Source: Eledone cirrhosa | Lineage: Eukaryota | Assembly: GCA_964016885.1 (NCBI GenBank) | Contig: OZ024747.1 | Coordinates: forward strand, 1,178,001 to 1,242,000 | Direction of reading: 5' to 3' | DNA length: 64,000 nucleotides | Shown: piece by piece, positions 14,887-26,175 of the stretch | How positions within the stretch are numbered: position 1 is the first letter of the stretch | Layout: each line of letters starts with the position of its first letter | Made by a program: the position numbers and the translations under genes | The notes under the pieces: generated by a model | What the model was told of the DNA's origin: nothing | Seen by the model: the letters and a program-made list of their open reading frames with translations, nothing else | Databases searched by the model: none

Positions 14887-15073
14887 GGCGGTGGATTGGC
14901 AGTATCGGTAGAGGGTCGGACGCCATGCTTTGACGCATAGAATTATGGCCCTTGCCATTCTGAGTTCAAATCCCGCCGAGGTTAACTTTGCCTTTCATCC
15001 TTACAGGGTCGATAAAATAAAGTACCAGTAATACACTGGGTAATTTCCTGGTCTTGTGCCAAAAGTAGAAACA
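14887..15073 (+). mobile_element. tRNA-derived SINE with 20-bp target-site duplication
   Basis: A-box-like TGGCAGTATCGG, B-box GAGTTCAAATCCC and central GCCTTTCATCC..GGGTCGATAAAATAAAGTACCAG. TSD ATTAATTAAATTATGTCATT at 14867-14886 and 15074-15093. A second copy lies at 36875-37061. Confidence 0.9.
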
Positions 15074-15887
15074 ATTAATTAAATTATGTCATTAAAGCAA
15101 TCCAGATTAATGTTTCAAAGTGATAGTTAAATAATTTTTAATTAACTTCTTTTACATGCATATAATGATGATGAAGATGATGTATTCAAAATCGTTTTAA
15201 AAGTTATTTGTACCATATAAGCATAAGCTGTGTATAGCCATTTCTATAATTATATGTACATATGTCCCTTTAAATAGTTATTTCTCTAAAGTTACTCATA
15301 CATTTAATCCTATAAACCATTTGTACATATACATTTATGTATCATATATCCTAGCAATAAATTATTAAAATATCATTCTTATCTTTAATTACTTCCACAT
15401 ATCATCAACTATAAGGTTTCTCTTATGCAAACCATTAATTTATCAAAACATGCAATTTCCCAGTTTGTATAATTCTTCATATATCCAGCAAGTCTGGTAT
15501 ATAAAGTATACCAATCCTGGACTTGAAAAATTAAATATGTTCAAGGTTATTAGCATCAGTATTGATTATATTGATCCACTAGTTATATAAACTAATAGTT
15601 TAATCAACTTAGCAAGAAATATGAAAAATCCTTACAAAAAAGATCAAACTTTGATCACAGTCGTTTTTTTTTTTAATATAGCGTGTTTGAAAGAAAAGCT
15701 GTTCCCTATTTACACACATGTGTGTCTGTGTATCAATGTGTGTGTGTGTGTCAATGTGTGTATGCATGTGTCTGTACATGTGTGTATGTGTATCTATGTA
15801 TGTATGTATGTATGTATGAGAGAGAGACAATGTACATACACTGATGTTCGTAAGCATTAGTGTAATCAGCAATAATTTTCAATAAAT

Positions 15888-16085
15888 CTAACTAGTGCAA
15901 TCTTCTGCAGCAGAATGCGACACATTCTGCATGACTGTGTGCAGTCGCTGTAGTCTAGCATCAAGTTGGTCCTGTGATGTAGAAATAGCTGCACCTGGTT
16001 GACTGCGATGTTGTAGCTGGAACAACTGAATATATTCTTGTTCTGTATACTGAGCTCCTTTCTCAGCTATACCATCAATGATTGC
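15888..16085 (-). CDS. EXOC4: EXOC4/Sec8 terminal coding exon (AIIDGIAEKGAQYTEQEYIQLFQLQHRSQPG...EDCTS*)
   Basis: Polypyrimidine tract plus CAG acceptor, phase 0, TAG stop. Matches the EXOC4 C-terminus (G..YTE.EYI..L.L.HRSQ.G). Confidence 0.93.
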   Translation of the reverse strand, partial: AIIDGIAEKGAQYTEQEYIQLFQLQHRSQPGAAISTSQDQLDARLQRLHTVMQNVSHSAAEDCTS

Positions 16086-16489
16086 CTGAAGAGAAAGAAA
16101 GAGTTAATGGTGGCAGTGCTGCAAGTAGAGATTAGCATTCTTTATGTCAAATATTCATATCATTACATTCATCAACATTGCACATCAAATCTCTGTTACC
16201 AAGTTTAACCCTTCAACATTTACATTATATTTACTATTGTATTTTCACAGTAAAGGATTTATCTCACATAAGATCAAAGCTATGAGATTTTGATGTTATT
16301 TATTTTGAGAACAATACTTTAACATCAGTATGAGCAGCCAGTCACAGCCAGTTTGAAGAGAGGGAGGTAAGTCTGGGTGAATAAAGCCAGTTTAAATGGG
16401 TTAAAGTTATTGCTGACACCTTTACATATCAGTATTGTACATCAGAGACAACTCTATTAGTTTTAAATCTCTACCTACACCTTTCCTAT

Positions 16490-16797
16490 GGTGGCGGTGG
16501 TCATAGTGTTGTGGTAGTGGTGGTGGTACTGTTGTGGTGGTAGTGGTGGTTGTAGTGTTGTGGTAGTGGTGGTTGTAGTGTTGTGGTAGTGGTGGTTGTA
16601 GTGTTGTGGTGGTGGTACTGTTGTGGTGGTAGTGTTGTGGTAGTGGAGGTGGTACTGTTGTGGTAGTGGTGGTGGTAGTGTTGTGGTAGTCCTGGTGGCA
16701 CTGTTGTGGTAGTGGTGGTGTGGTGGTAGTGCTGTGGTAGTGGTGGTGGTACTGTTGTGGTAGTAGTGGTGGTAGTGTTGTGGTAGTGGTGGTGATA
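16490..16797. repeat. Degenerate (GGT/GTA/GTT) simple repeat in the last EXOC4 intron
   Basis: Direct reading. Confidence 0.9.
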
Positions 16798-17153
16798 GAG
16801 GTGTGAAAGAGGTTATAGTGTCCTTCAAAGTCAAAAGACACAGATTCCATGCGTCACAGCTCCAGTGAAGCAGAAACATAAGAAAACTAAATATTTAACA
16901 CACACACACACAATCACAGGCACACACACACACACACAGACACACAGATGCACACACAGACACACACACAGACAAAGCCCTACTTGTTAACAACACCCTC
17001 CCAATTATCCAACAGTTTTATTACCTTCAACACATGACTGATTATATTTCATAACTACACATTTTCTTCGGCAAACCATGGAAACATGCAAACATGGACA
17101 CTAAACAGTGATGATGATATATAGTCATATCATCATCATCATCATCAATATAT

Positions 17154-17344
17154 TATAAATAGTCCGAGCCCAACAGCTGAGCTCTTGCCATTTCAACAGC
17201 TAGTTGGAACTAGCTGTTGAAATGGCAAGAGCTCAGCTGTTGGGCCCAGACTATTTATACTCTAGCCATACTCTACTACCCCGAGTGTTGAGTACTCTGT
17301 TGAGTAATGGTCTAACTAGTTTCAAACTGAATCCTTCCTGGTTT
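17154..17344 (+). mobile_element. Hairpin-plus-tail element copy 1 (52-bp arms, 2-nt centre, ~85-nt tail)
   Basis: 17154-17205 is the reverse complement of 17208-17259 with 2 mismatches. The tail is homologous to 56438-56514. Confidence 0.8.
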
Positions 17345-17560
17345 ATATATCATCATCATCATTTTTACGTCCGCTTTTTCCCTGCTTGCAAGGGTGGGAT
17401 GGGAACTGATACTGGCTTGATTTCTACAGCTGGATGCCCTCCTAACACCAACCTCATTTACAGTGAATGCTGGGTGCTTTTTTACTATGGCACCTCCACG
17501 ACCACTTTGCAGTGGAATGATAGGGACCCCAGTCCCTATCATCTCATTTCTACAGCTGAG

Positions 17561-17686
17561 TAAACTGGAGCAATGTAAAATAAAGTGTCTTGCTCAAGGA
17601 AACAACATCACCCGGTCTGAGAATTGAACTCACAACCTTTCGATTGCAAGGTCAATGCTCTAACCACTAAGCCATTTGCCTCCACA
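17561..17686 (-). mobile_element. tRNA-derived CORE-like SINE fragment
   Basis: Minus strand shows a tRNA head (TGGCTTAGTGG...GAGTTCAATTC) followed by CCTTGAGCAAGACACTTTA. A related copy lies at 22830-22952. Confidence 0.7.
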
Positions 17687-17700
17687 TATATATATATAAT

Positions 17701-18232
17701 CATCATCATCATCATCATCATCGTTTAACGTCTATCTTCCATGCTTGCATGGGTTTAGACGGGAATTGTCCCACGTGAGGCAAGATTGGTTGTCTTGCTC
17801 GTACAGGACTGTCTGGCAGGTTTTCTATGGCTGGATGCCCTTCCTAACACCAACCACTTTTACAGTGTGGACTGGGAGGTTTTTACCGTATTACCTACAC
17901 GGCCACATTACAGCGTGGACTGTGTGTTTTTTTTTTTTGTCGTGACACCTACACGACCTCATTTATTTAGGACTGGATGTTGTGGTACCAACCATAACTT
18001 TACAGAGAAAGGGGTGGTGTAGATGGGGGTGGGGGTAGGAGTAGTGGGATGGGGGTGTATTGTTGGTTAGGAGGTGCCTACTGACTGTAGGTTTCGCTTT
18101 GTACTTAGGCAAGCCGGATCTTCTGTATTACTGAGTAGCGCCAAAGATCTCAGTCCTGTGACATTGTCTTGGAGAGGTGTAAGGTCGGAATTTATCAAAT
18201 CGTCCCAAGTTTTTCTGCGTCTGCTTACTCCA
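17701..18232 (-). mobile_element. RTE LINE 3' fragment (long 3' UTR family)
   Basis: Closely similar to 26176-26700; (GAT)n tail; flanked by (TA)n. Confidence 0.85.
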
Positions 18233-18242
18233 TATATATATA

Positions 18243-18275
<33 letters not shown>

Positions 18276-18448
18276 ATGGCCTGACTCAGTGTAATTCTGA
18301 TCAGACCGAATTGGGTCAAACCAGATCAGACTGGATTCGATCTAACCAGACTAGATTAGATTGGATTAATCTGGGTCAGACCAAACAGGATCGGTCACTC
18401 TGGTTGGGTTCAGTCAGGACAGGAGCAGACTGGATCAGATTTGATTTC

Positions 18449-19151
18449 AACAACAGTAACAACAAGAGTAACAACAAGAGTAACAACAACAACAACAACA
18501 GTAACAACAACAACAGTAACAACAACAACAGTAACAACAACAACAGTAACAACAACAGTAACAACAACAGTAACAACAACAACAGTAACAACAACAACAA
18601 CAGTAACAACAACAACAGTAACAACAGTAACAACAGTAACAACAACAACAACAACAGTAATAACAACAGTAACAACAACAGTAATAACAACAGTAACAAC
18701 AACAACAGTAACAACAACAGTAACAACAACAACAGTAACAACAACAACAGTAACAACAACAACAACAGTAACAACAACAACAGTAACAACAGTAACAACA
18801 ACAACAGTAACAACAACAACAGTAACAACAACAACAGTAACAACAACAACAGTAACAACAGTAACAACAACAACAGTAACAACAGTAACAACAACAACAG
18901 TAACAACAACAACAGTAACAACAACAACAACAGTAACAACAACAACAGTAACAACAGTAACAACAACAACAGTAACAACAGTAACAACAACAACAACAAC
19001 AGTAATAACAACAGTAACAACAACAGTAATAACAACAGTAACAACAACAACAGTAACAACAACAGTAACAACAACAACAGTAACAACAACAACAACAGTA
19101 ACAACAACAACAGTAACAACAGTAACAACAACAACAGTAACAACAGTAACA
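18449..19151. repeat. (AAC)n/AACAGT compound microsatellite
   Basis: Direct reading. Starts about 15 nt after an EXOC4 donor site. Confidence 0.98.
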
Positions 19152-19166
19152 AGATGAAATACTTAC

Positions 19167-19278
19167 ATCAGGACTGGTATATAACAATTCATAATACTGT
19201 CTGGCGTGGTCCAGATCTGACTCCCGTGACATGGTGATGTTAGTTAGGTTCTGCTGAATGGCAAATATGTTACGGCAC
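19167..19278 (-). CDS. EXOC4: EXOC4 exon ([37 protein letters not shown])
   Basis: CAG and GTAAGT boundaries, phase 2 to 0. Near-identical to the conserved EXOC4 motif [27 protein letters not shown]. Confidence 0.97.
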
Positions 19279-19290
19279 CTGTAATATATA

Positions 19291-22200
19291 GTGGTGGTAG
19301 TAGTGGTGGTGGTGGTAGTAGTGGTGGTGGTAGTGGTGGTGGTAGTAGTGGTGGTGGTAGTAGTGGTGGTGGTAGTAGTGGTGGTAGTAGTGGTGGTGGT
19401 GGTAGTAGTGGTGGTAGTAGTGGTGGTGGTGGTAGTAGTGGTGGTGGTGGTAGTGGTGGTGGTGGTAGTAGTGGTGGTGGTGGTGGTAGTGGTGGTGGTA
19501 GTAGTGGTGGTAGTAGTGGTGGTGGTGGTAGTAGTGGTGGTGGTGGTAGTGGTGGTGGTGGTAGTAGTGGTGGTGGTGGTGGTAGTGGTGGTGGTGGTAG
19601 TAGTGGTGGTGGTGGTAGTAGTAGTGGTGGTAGTGGTGGTGGTAGTGGTGGTGGTGGTAGTGGTGGTGGTGGTGGTAGTGGTGGTGGTGGTAGTGGTGGT
19701 GATGGTAGTGGTGGTGATGGTGGTAGTGGTGGTGGTAGTGGTGGTGGTGGTGGTGGTGGTGGTAGTAGTGGTGGTGGTAGTGGTGGCGGTGGTAGTAGTG
19801 GTGGTGGTAGTAGTGGTGGTAGTAGTGGTGGTGCTGGTAGTAGTGGTGGTGGTAGTGGTGGTGGTGGTAGTAGTGGTGGTGGTGGTAGTGGTGGTGGTGG
19901 TAGTGGTGGTGGTGGTGGTGATGGTAGTGGTGGTGATGGTGGTAGTGGTGGTGGTAGTGGTGGTGGTGGTAGTAGTGGTGGTGGTAGTAGTGGTGGTGGT
20001 AGTAGTGGTGGTAGTAGTGGTGGTGGTGGTAGTAGTGGTGGTAGTAGTGGTGGTGGTGGTAGTAGTGGTGGTGGTGGTAGTGGTGGTGGTGGTAGTAGTG
20101 GTGGTGGTGGTGGTAGTGGTGGTGGTAGTAGTGGTGGTAGTAGTGGTGGTGGTGGTAGTAGTGGTGGTGGTGGTAGTGGTGGTGGTGGTAGTAGTGGTGG
20201 TGGTGGTGGTAGTGGTGGTGGTGGTAGTAGTGGTGGTGGTGGTAGTAGTAGTGGTGGTAGTGGTGGTGGTAGTGGTGGTGGTGGTAGTGGTGGTGGTGGT
20301 GGTAGTGGTGGAGGTGGTAGTGGTGTTGATGGTAGTGGTGGTGATGGTGGTAGTGGTGGTGGTAGTGGTGGTGGTGGTGGTAGTAGTGGTGGTGGTAGTG
20401 GTGGCGGTGGTAGTAGTGGTGGTGGTAGTAGTGGTGGTAGTAGTGGTGGTGCTGGTAGTAGTGGTGGTGGTAGTGGTGGTGGTGGTAGTAGTGGTGGTGG
20501 TGGTAGTGGTGGTGGTGGTAGTGGTGGTGGTGGTGGTGATGGTAGTGGTGGTGATGGTGGTAGTGGTGGTGGTAGTGGTGGTGGTGGTGGTAGTGGTGGT
20601 GGTGGTAGTAGTGGTGGTGGTAGTGGTGGTGGTGGTAGTAGTGGTGGTGGTAGTGGTGGTGGTGGTGGTGGTAGTAGTGGTGGTGGTGGTGGTGGTAGTG
20701 GTGGTGGTGGTAGTGGTGATGGTAGTGGTGGTGATGGTGGTAGTGGTGGTGGTAGTGGTGGTGGTGGTGGTGGTGGTAGTGGTGGTGGTAGTGGTGGTGG
20801 TGGTGGTGATGGTAGTGGTGGTGGTGGTAGTGGTGGTGGTGGTAGTGGTGGTGGTGGTAGTGGTGGTGGTGGTGGTGGTGGTAGTGGTGGTGGTAGTGGT
20901 GGTGGTAGTGGTGGTGATGGTAGTGGTGGTGATGGTGGTAGTGGTGGTGGTAGTGGTGGTGGTAGTAGTGGTGGTGGTAGTGGTGGTGGTGGTAGTAGTG
21001 GTGGTGGTAGTGGTGGTGGTGGTAGTGGTGGTGGTGGTGGTAGTGGTGGTGGTGGTGGTAGTGGTGGTGGTGGTGGTAGTAGTGGTGGTGGTGGTATTGG
21101 TGGTGATGGTGGTAGTAGTGGTGGTGGTGGTAGTGGTGGTGGTGGTGGTGGTGGTAGTAGTGGTGGTGGTGGTAGTAGTAGTGGTGGTGGTAGTGGTGGT
21201 GGTGGTGGTAGTGGTGGTGGTGGTGGTAGTGGTGGTTGTGGTGGTGGTGGTGGTGGTGGTGACAGTAGTGGTGGTGGTATTAGTGGTGGTGGTGGTAGTG
21301 GTGGTTGTGGTGGTGGTGGTGGTATTAGTGGCGGTGGTGGTGGTGGTGGTGGTAGTATTGAGAGTGGTAGTAGTGGTGGTGGTAGTAGTGGTGGTGGTGG
21401 TAGTAGTGGTGGTGGTGATGATGGTAATGGTGGTGGTGGTGGTAGTGGTAGTAGTGGTGGTGGTGGTGGTGGTAGTAGTGGTGGTGGTGGTAGTGGTGGT
21501 GGTGGCGGTGGCGGTAGTAGTGGTGGTGGTAGTGATGGTGGTGGTAGTAGTGGTGGTGGTGGTCATGGTAATGGTGGTGGTAGTGGTAGTAGTGGTGGTG
21601 GTGGTGGTGGTGGTATTAGTGGTGGTGGTAGCAGTGGTGGTGGTGGTAGTGGTGGTGGTGGCGGTGGCGGTAGTAGTGGTGGTGGTAGTGATGGTGGTGA
21701 TAGTAGTGGTGGTGGTATTGGTGGTGGTAGTAGTGGTGGTGGTGGTGATGGTAATGGTGGTGGTAGTGGTAGTAGTGGTGGTGGTGGTGGTGGTGGTATT
21801 AGTGGTGGTGGTAGTGGTGGTGGTGGTGGTGGTGGTGGTAGTGGTGGTGGTGGTGGTAGTGGTGGTGGTGGTGGTAGTAGTGGTGGTGGTGGCGGTAGTA
21901 GTGGTGGTGGTGGCGGTAGTAGTGGTAGTGGTGGTGGTAGTGGTGGTGGTGGTGGTGGTGGTGGTATTAGTGGTGGTGGTAGCAGTGGTGGTGGTGGTAG
22001 TGGTAGTAGTGGTGGTGGTGGTGGTGGTGGTAGTGGTGGCGGTAGTAGTGGTGGTGGTAGTGGTGGTGGTAGTGGTGGTGGTGGTAGTGATGGTGGTGGT
22101 GGTGGTAGTGATGGTAGTAGTGATAGTGGTGGTGGTAGTAGTGGTGGTGGTAGTAGTAGTGGTGGTGGTAGTAGTAGTGGTGGTGGTAGTAGTAGTGGTG

Positions 22201-22362
22201 GTGGTAGTGGTGGTGGTGGTGGTAGTGGTGGTGGTGGTGGTGGTGGTGGTGGTGGTGGTAGTAGTGGTGGTAGTAGTGGTGGTGGTAGTAGTAGTGGTGG
22301 TGGTAGTAGTAGTGGTAGTGGCGGTGGTAGTGGTGGTGGTGGTGGTGGTGGTGGTGGTGGTG
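19291..22362. repeat. 3.1 kb (GGT/AGT)n trinucleotide tract filling almost a whole intron
   Basis: Direct reading. Source of the poly-V and poly-T ORFs. Confidence 0.99.
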
Positions 22363-22413
22363 TGCGATTGAGACAGACAGACAGGTAGACAGGTTAAGGT
22401 AAGTTGTACTAAC

Positions 22414-22509
22414 ATCTTCTTGATGCCATTCTCGTTGATCTTCTTCAGAAACTGGATACTGTTGATGAGGATGGAAGCCACCAGGTAACCAAGACTTTCA
22501 AAGATATAC
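22414..22509 (-). CDS. EXOC4: EXOC4 exon ([31 protein letters not shown])
   Basis: TAG acceptor and GTTAGT donor, phase 2 to 2. Matches EXOC4 YIFEGLGHL...GIKKM. Confidence 0.96.
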
Positions 22510-22829
22510 CTATAATTACACATGGATTAATCAGAATTATACCTGGGTTCATCAATGTCTGATGTTCTTTGTGATTGGCAGTGATGCTGTACTGATATAT
22601 ATCAACATACATATATATACATACGTACATACACAGGCCTATGTCTATGATTATGTGGACATATGTGTATGCATGCATGCAGGTGTGTACGTATATATTT
22701 GAAAGTGTTTAATACATACATATATATATCGACAGTCAATCGACTTTCGTCAAATCAGACCGAGGAAACAATGTTTCCATTGGTCTTTCCAATTGCTAAT
22801 ACTATCTATTGGTTGCAACTCCAGGTAGA

Positions 22830-22952
22830 AGGAGTAACATGAAATAAAGTCTCTTGCTCAAGGACATAACGCATCGCCTGGTCCGGGAAGTGATTGCACA
22901 ACCTCACGATTGCGAATCCAATTCTCTAACCACTCAGCCACATGCCTTCGCC
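22830..22952 (-). mobile_element. CORE-like SINE fragment
   Basis: Homologous to 17561-17686. Confidence 0.6.
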
Positions 22953-23140
22953 ATATATATATATATATATATGGCGAGCAATGAAGAAACAATACCTAAA
23001 CCTGCCAACTGGTGTATCGGATGGATAATCACATCATTAATGATTATGTAACAAATGCCAAAGAAATAGATATCACAGGATTATGTAATTAATAGAATGT
23101 AATGAAATTATAACATACTGCCTTGTTTTTTATATATATA

Positions 23141-23370
23141 TATGGAGGATGACCGATGGGTGAAGAAGTGCCAGGAAATGCCAGTTGAAGGAAGTCGTGG
23201 TAGAGGTAGACCACAAAAAACATGGGCGGAGGTGGTGAGAACAGACCTCAGATCGCTGAAGCTTACGGTGGAGATGACGAAGGACCGTGACAAGTGGAGA
23301 GATGCTGTGCTGAATAGGACCCGTCCCACCCTTGCAAGCAGGGAAGAGTGGACGTAAAATGATGATGATG

Positions 23371-23371
<1 letters not shown>
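23141..23371 (+). mobile_element. RTE LINE 3' fragment in (TA)n
   Basis: ORF MEDDRWVKKC...GRGRPQKTWAEVVRTD...DRDKWR followed by a (GAT)n tail. Confidence 0.85.
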
Positions 23372-23403
<32 letters not shown>

Positions 23404-23410
23404 AACTTAC

Positions 23411-23529
23411 TTGAATTTCTTTGGTTGTAAACTGAGTGAAAGTACTTCCTCAATGTTGGAGAGATCCTTGTTTAGTTTCAGAACATTGGAGTCTGGGTCA
23501 AGGTCATCTATTGGACCAGCATAGTTTGA
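23411..23529 (-). CDS. EXOC4: EXOC4 exon (SNYAGPIDDLDPDSNVLKLNKDLSNIEEVLSLSLQPKKF)
   Basis: CAG and GTAAGT boundaries, phase 0 to 2. Matches EXOC4 NYA...D..V.KLNKD.S.IEE..S.SLQ..KF. Missed by the ORF track. Confidence 0.95.
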
Positions 23530-23856
23530 CTGAAGTTACAATTAGCACTATGTAGAGTGTGTGTGTCAGTGTGTGTATGTGTGTGTGTATGTGTGTGTGT
23601 ATGTGTGTGTGTATGTGTGTGTGTATGTGTGTGTGTCTGTGTGTGTGTCTGTGTCTATGTCAGTGTGAGTGTTTATGTGTATGTGTTTATATGTGTATAA
23701 GTGTTTATATGTGTATGTGTGTATATGTGTGTTTATATGTGTATGTGTGCTTATATGTGTATGTGTGTGTATGTGTGTATATGTGTGAGTGTTTGTGAAG
23801 CTAGGCAGGTCAGGTGACTACATGCTCATCAATCTAATTTGGGCTTAGATTACAAT

Positions 23857-25091
23857 GGCTGGATACCCTAACACTGTACAGGGTGGCCTGGCTGGATACC
23901 CTAACACTGTACAGGGTGGCCTGGCTGGATACCCTAACACTGTACAGGGTGGCTTGGCTGGATACCCTAACACTGTACAGGGTGGCCTGGCTGGATACCC
24001 TAACACTGTACAGGGTGGCCTGGCTGGATACCCTAACACTGTACAGGGTGGCCTGGGTGGATACCCTAACACCAACCACTGTACAGGGTGGCCTGGCTGG
24101 ATACCCTAACACTGTACAGGGTGGCCTGGGTGGATACCCTAACACCAACCACTGTACAGGGTGGCCTGGCTGGATACCCTAACACTGTACAGGGTGGCCT
24201 GGCTGGATACCCTAACACTGTACAGGGTGGCCTGGGTGGATACCCTAACACCAACCACTGTACAGGGTGGCCTGGCTGGATACCCTAACACTGTACAGGG
24301 TGGCCTGGCTGGATACCCTAACACCAACCACTGTACAGGGTGGCCTGGCTGGATACCCTAACACTGTACAGGGTGGCCTGGCTGGATACCCTAACACTGT
24401 ACAGGGTGGCCTGGCTGGATACCCTAACACCAACCACTGTACAGGGTGGCCTGGCTGGATACCCTAACACTGTACAGGGTGGCCTGGCTGGATACCCTAA
24501 CACTGTACAGGGTGGCCTGGCTGGATACCCTAACACCAACCACTGTACAGGGTGGCTTGGCTGGATACCCTAACACTGTACAGGGTGGCCTGGCTGGATA
24601 CCCTAACACTGTACAGGGTGGCTTGGCTGGATACCCTAACACTGTACAGGGTGGCCTGGCTGGATACCCTAACACTGTACAGGGTGGCCTGGCTGGATAC
24701 CCTAACACTGTACAGGGTGGCCTGGCTGGATACCCTAACACCAACCACTGTACAGGGTGGCCTGGCTGGATACCCTAACACTGTACAGGGTGGCCTGGCT
24801 GGATACCCTAACACTGTACAGGGTGGCTTGGCTGGATACCCTAACACTGTACAGGGTGGCCTGGCTGGATACCCTAACACTGTACAGGGTGGCCTGGCTG
24901 GATACCCTAACACCAACCACTGTACAGGGTGGCCTGGCTGGATACCCTAACACTGTACAGGGTGGCCTGGCTGGATACCCTAACACCAACCACTGTACAG
25001 GGTGGCCTGGGTGGATACCCTAACACCAACCACTGTACAGGGTGGCCTGGCTGGATACCCTAACACCAACCACTGTACAGGGTGGCCTGGG
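23857..25091. repeat. 33-bp/40-bp two-variant minisatellite GGCTGGATACCCTAACAC(CAACCAC)TGTACAGGGTGGCCT
   Basis: Direct reading; about 35 units. Confidence 0.98.
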
Positions 25092-25335
25092 TGATTGTTA
25101 CAAAAGTCACACTGGTGCCACAACAAAAAAAGTGGTTATAGTTAGGAAAGTGATTCAGATGTAAAAATACGAAGCCACTTTTACAGGTGGATTGGTCTTT
25201 GGAGCATAGCTTAACAAAGGTTCTTGATGAAACATTTTTAGATAAATATACACACTTTAAAATAAACAGGTTAGTATTGTGTAGAAGAATGGTGAGTTTG
25301 AAGTTATGATGAAAAGGGTTAGACGTGTTAAATAC

Positions 25336-25450
25336 CTGCTTTGCAACTGGTAATAGGTAGTAGAAGCAGTGGACACGGACTTCCAGATGTAACAACAACA
25401 GACATATCTCAGCTAGATTCTGGAAATCAGTCACCAACGATTTCAAAGAC
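25336..25450 (-). CDS. EXOC4: EXOC4 exon (SLKSLVTDFQNLAEICLLLLHLEVRVHCFYYLLPVAKQ)
   Basis: AAG acceptor and GTATTT donor, phase 2 to 0. Contains the diagnostic LHLEVRVHCF motif. Confidence 0.96.
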
Positions 25451-25953
25451 CTTCACAATCATAGAATTATTAAAGATAATTAAAGAATAATTAAAATTTA
25501 ATATTTTAATTCTATTTAATAATCAAATACATTTTAATAATTAAATACAATTTATCATTTAAATACAATTTAATATTTTAATTCTATTTAATTAATAAGT
25601 GCCCCAGCATGGCCTCAGCTGGATGGCTGGAACAGGTAAGAGAGTAAGTACTATTTAATTAATAAATACAAATATATGAATAATAAAATTAACTTCTATT
25701 TGTTGTGACTTCATGCTGTCTTTAGGATGAATGACGTCAGTGGGTCCCACAGAGGGAGAGGGGATAGACAGAGAGAGGAGGGGACAGACAGAGAGGGGCG
25801 AGAGGGGATAGACAAAGAGGGAGGAGAGGGGATAGACAGAGAAATGGAGAGAGAGAGAGAGAGAGACAGACATATAGAGGGGAGTCATAGAAAGAGGGGG
25901 GAGGTATTATTACATAGTACATGGTTTGTTTTCTACACACATCAGATACTTAC

Positions 25954-25985
25954 GACAATGTTTTCTCAGACACTGGTGGAATGTT
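25954..25985 (-). CDS. EXOC4: EXOC4 32-nt micro-exon (NIPPVSEKTL)
   Basis: TTCTTTTCCAG acceptor and GTAAGT donor. Phase 0 to 2 is what the neighbours require. Matches LPPVSE in EXOC4. Confidence 0.88.
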
Positions 25986-26175
25986 CTGGAAAAGAACAAT
26001 TATTAATAACATCAATACTATTATAGAAATGTACAGAAATGCTAAAATAAGAATAAGCTGAAATAAATAATAAGTTATCTCCCTTGCGAATACTCTATGC
26101 AGAGTTACTCTCTCCTACATGATTATTCGGCCTGCTAGAAATAGCGCCAAATATTTAAATCTAGTATATATACTA

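Noticed and set aside
14887-15073. tRNA gene
   Set aside because: A and B boxes are present, but there is no cloverleaf. The TSD and a dispersed second copy indicate a SINE.
18074-22523. Poly-N, poly-L, poly-V and poly-T ORFs
   Set aside because: Translations of trinucleotide tracts; only the embedded EXOC4 exons are real.
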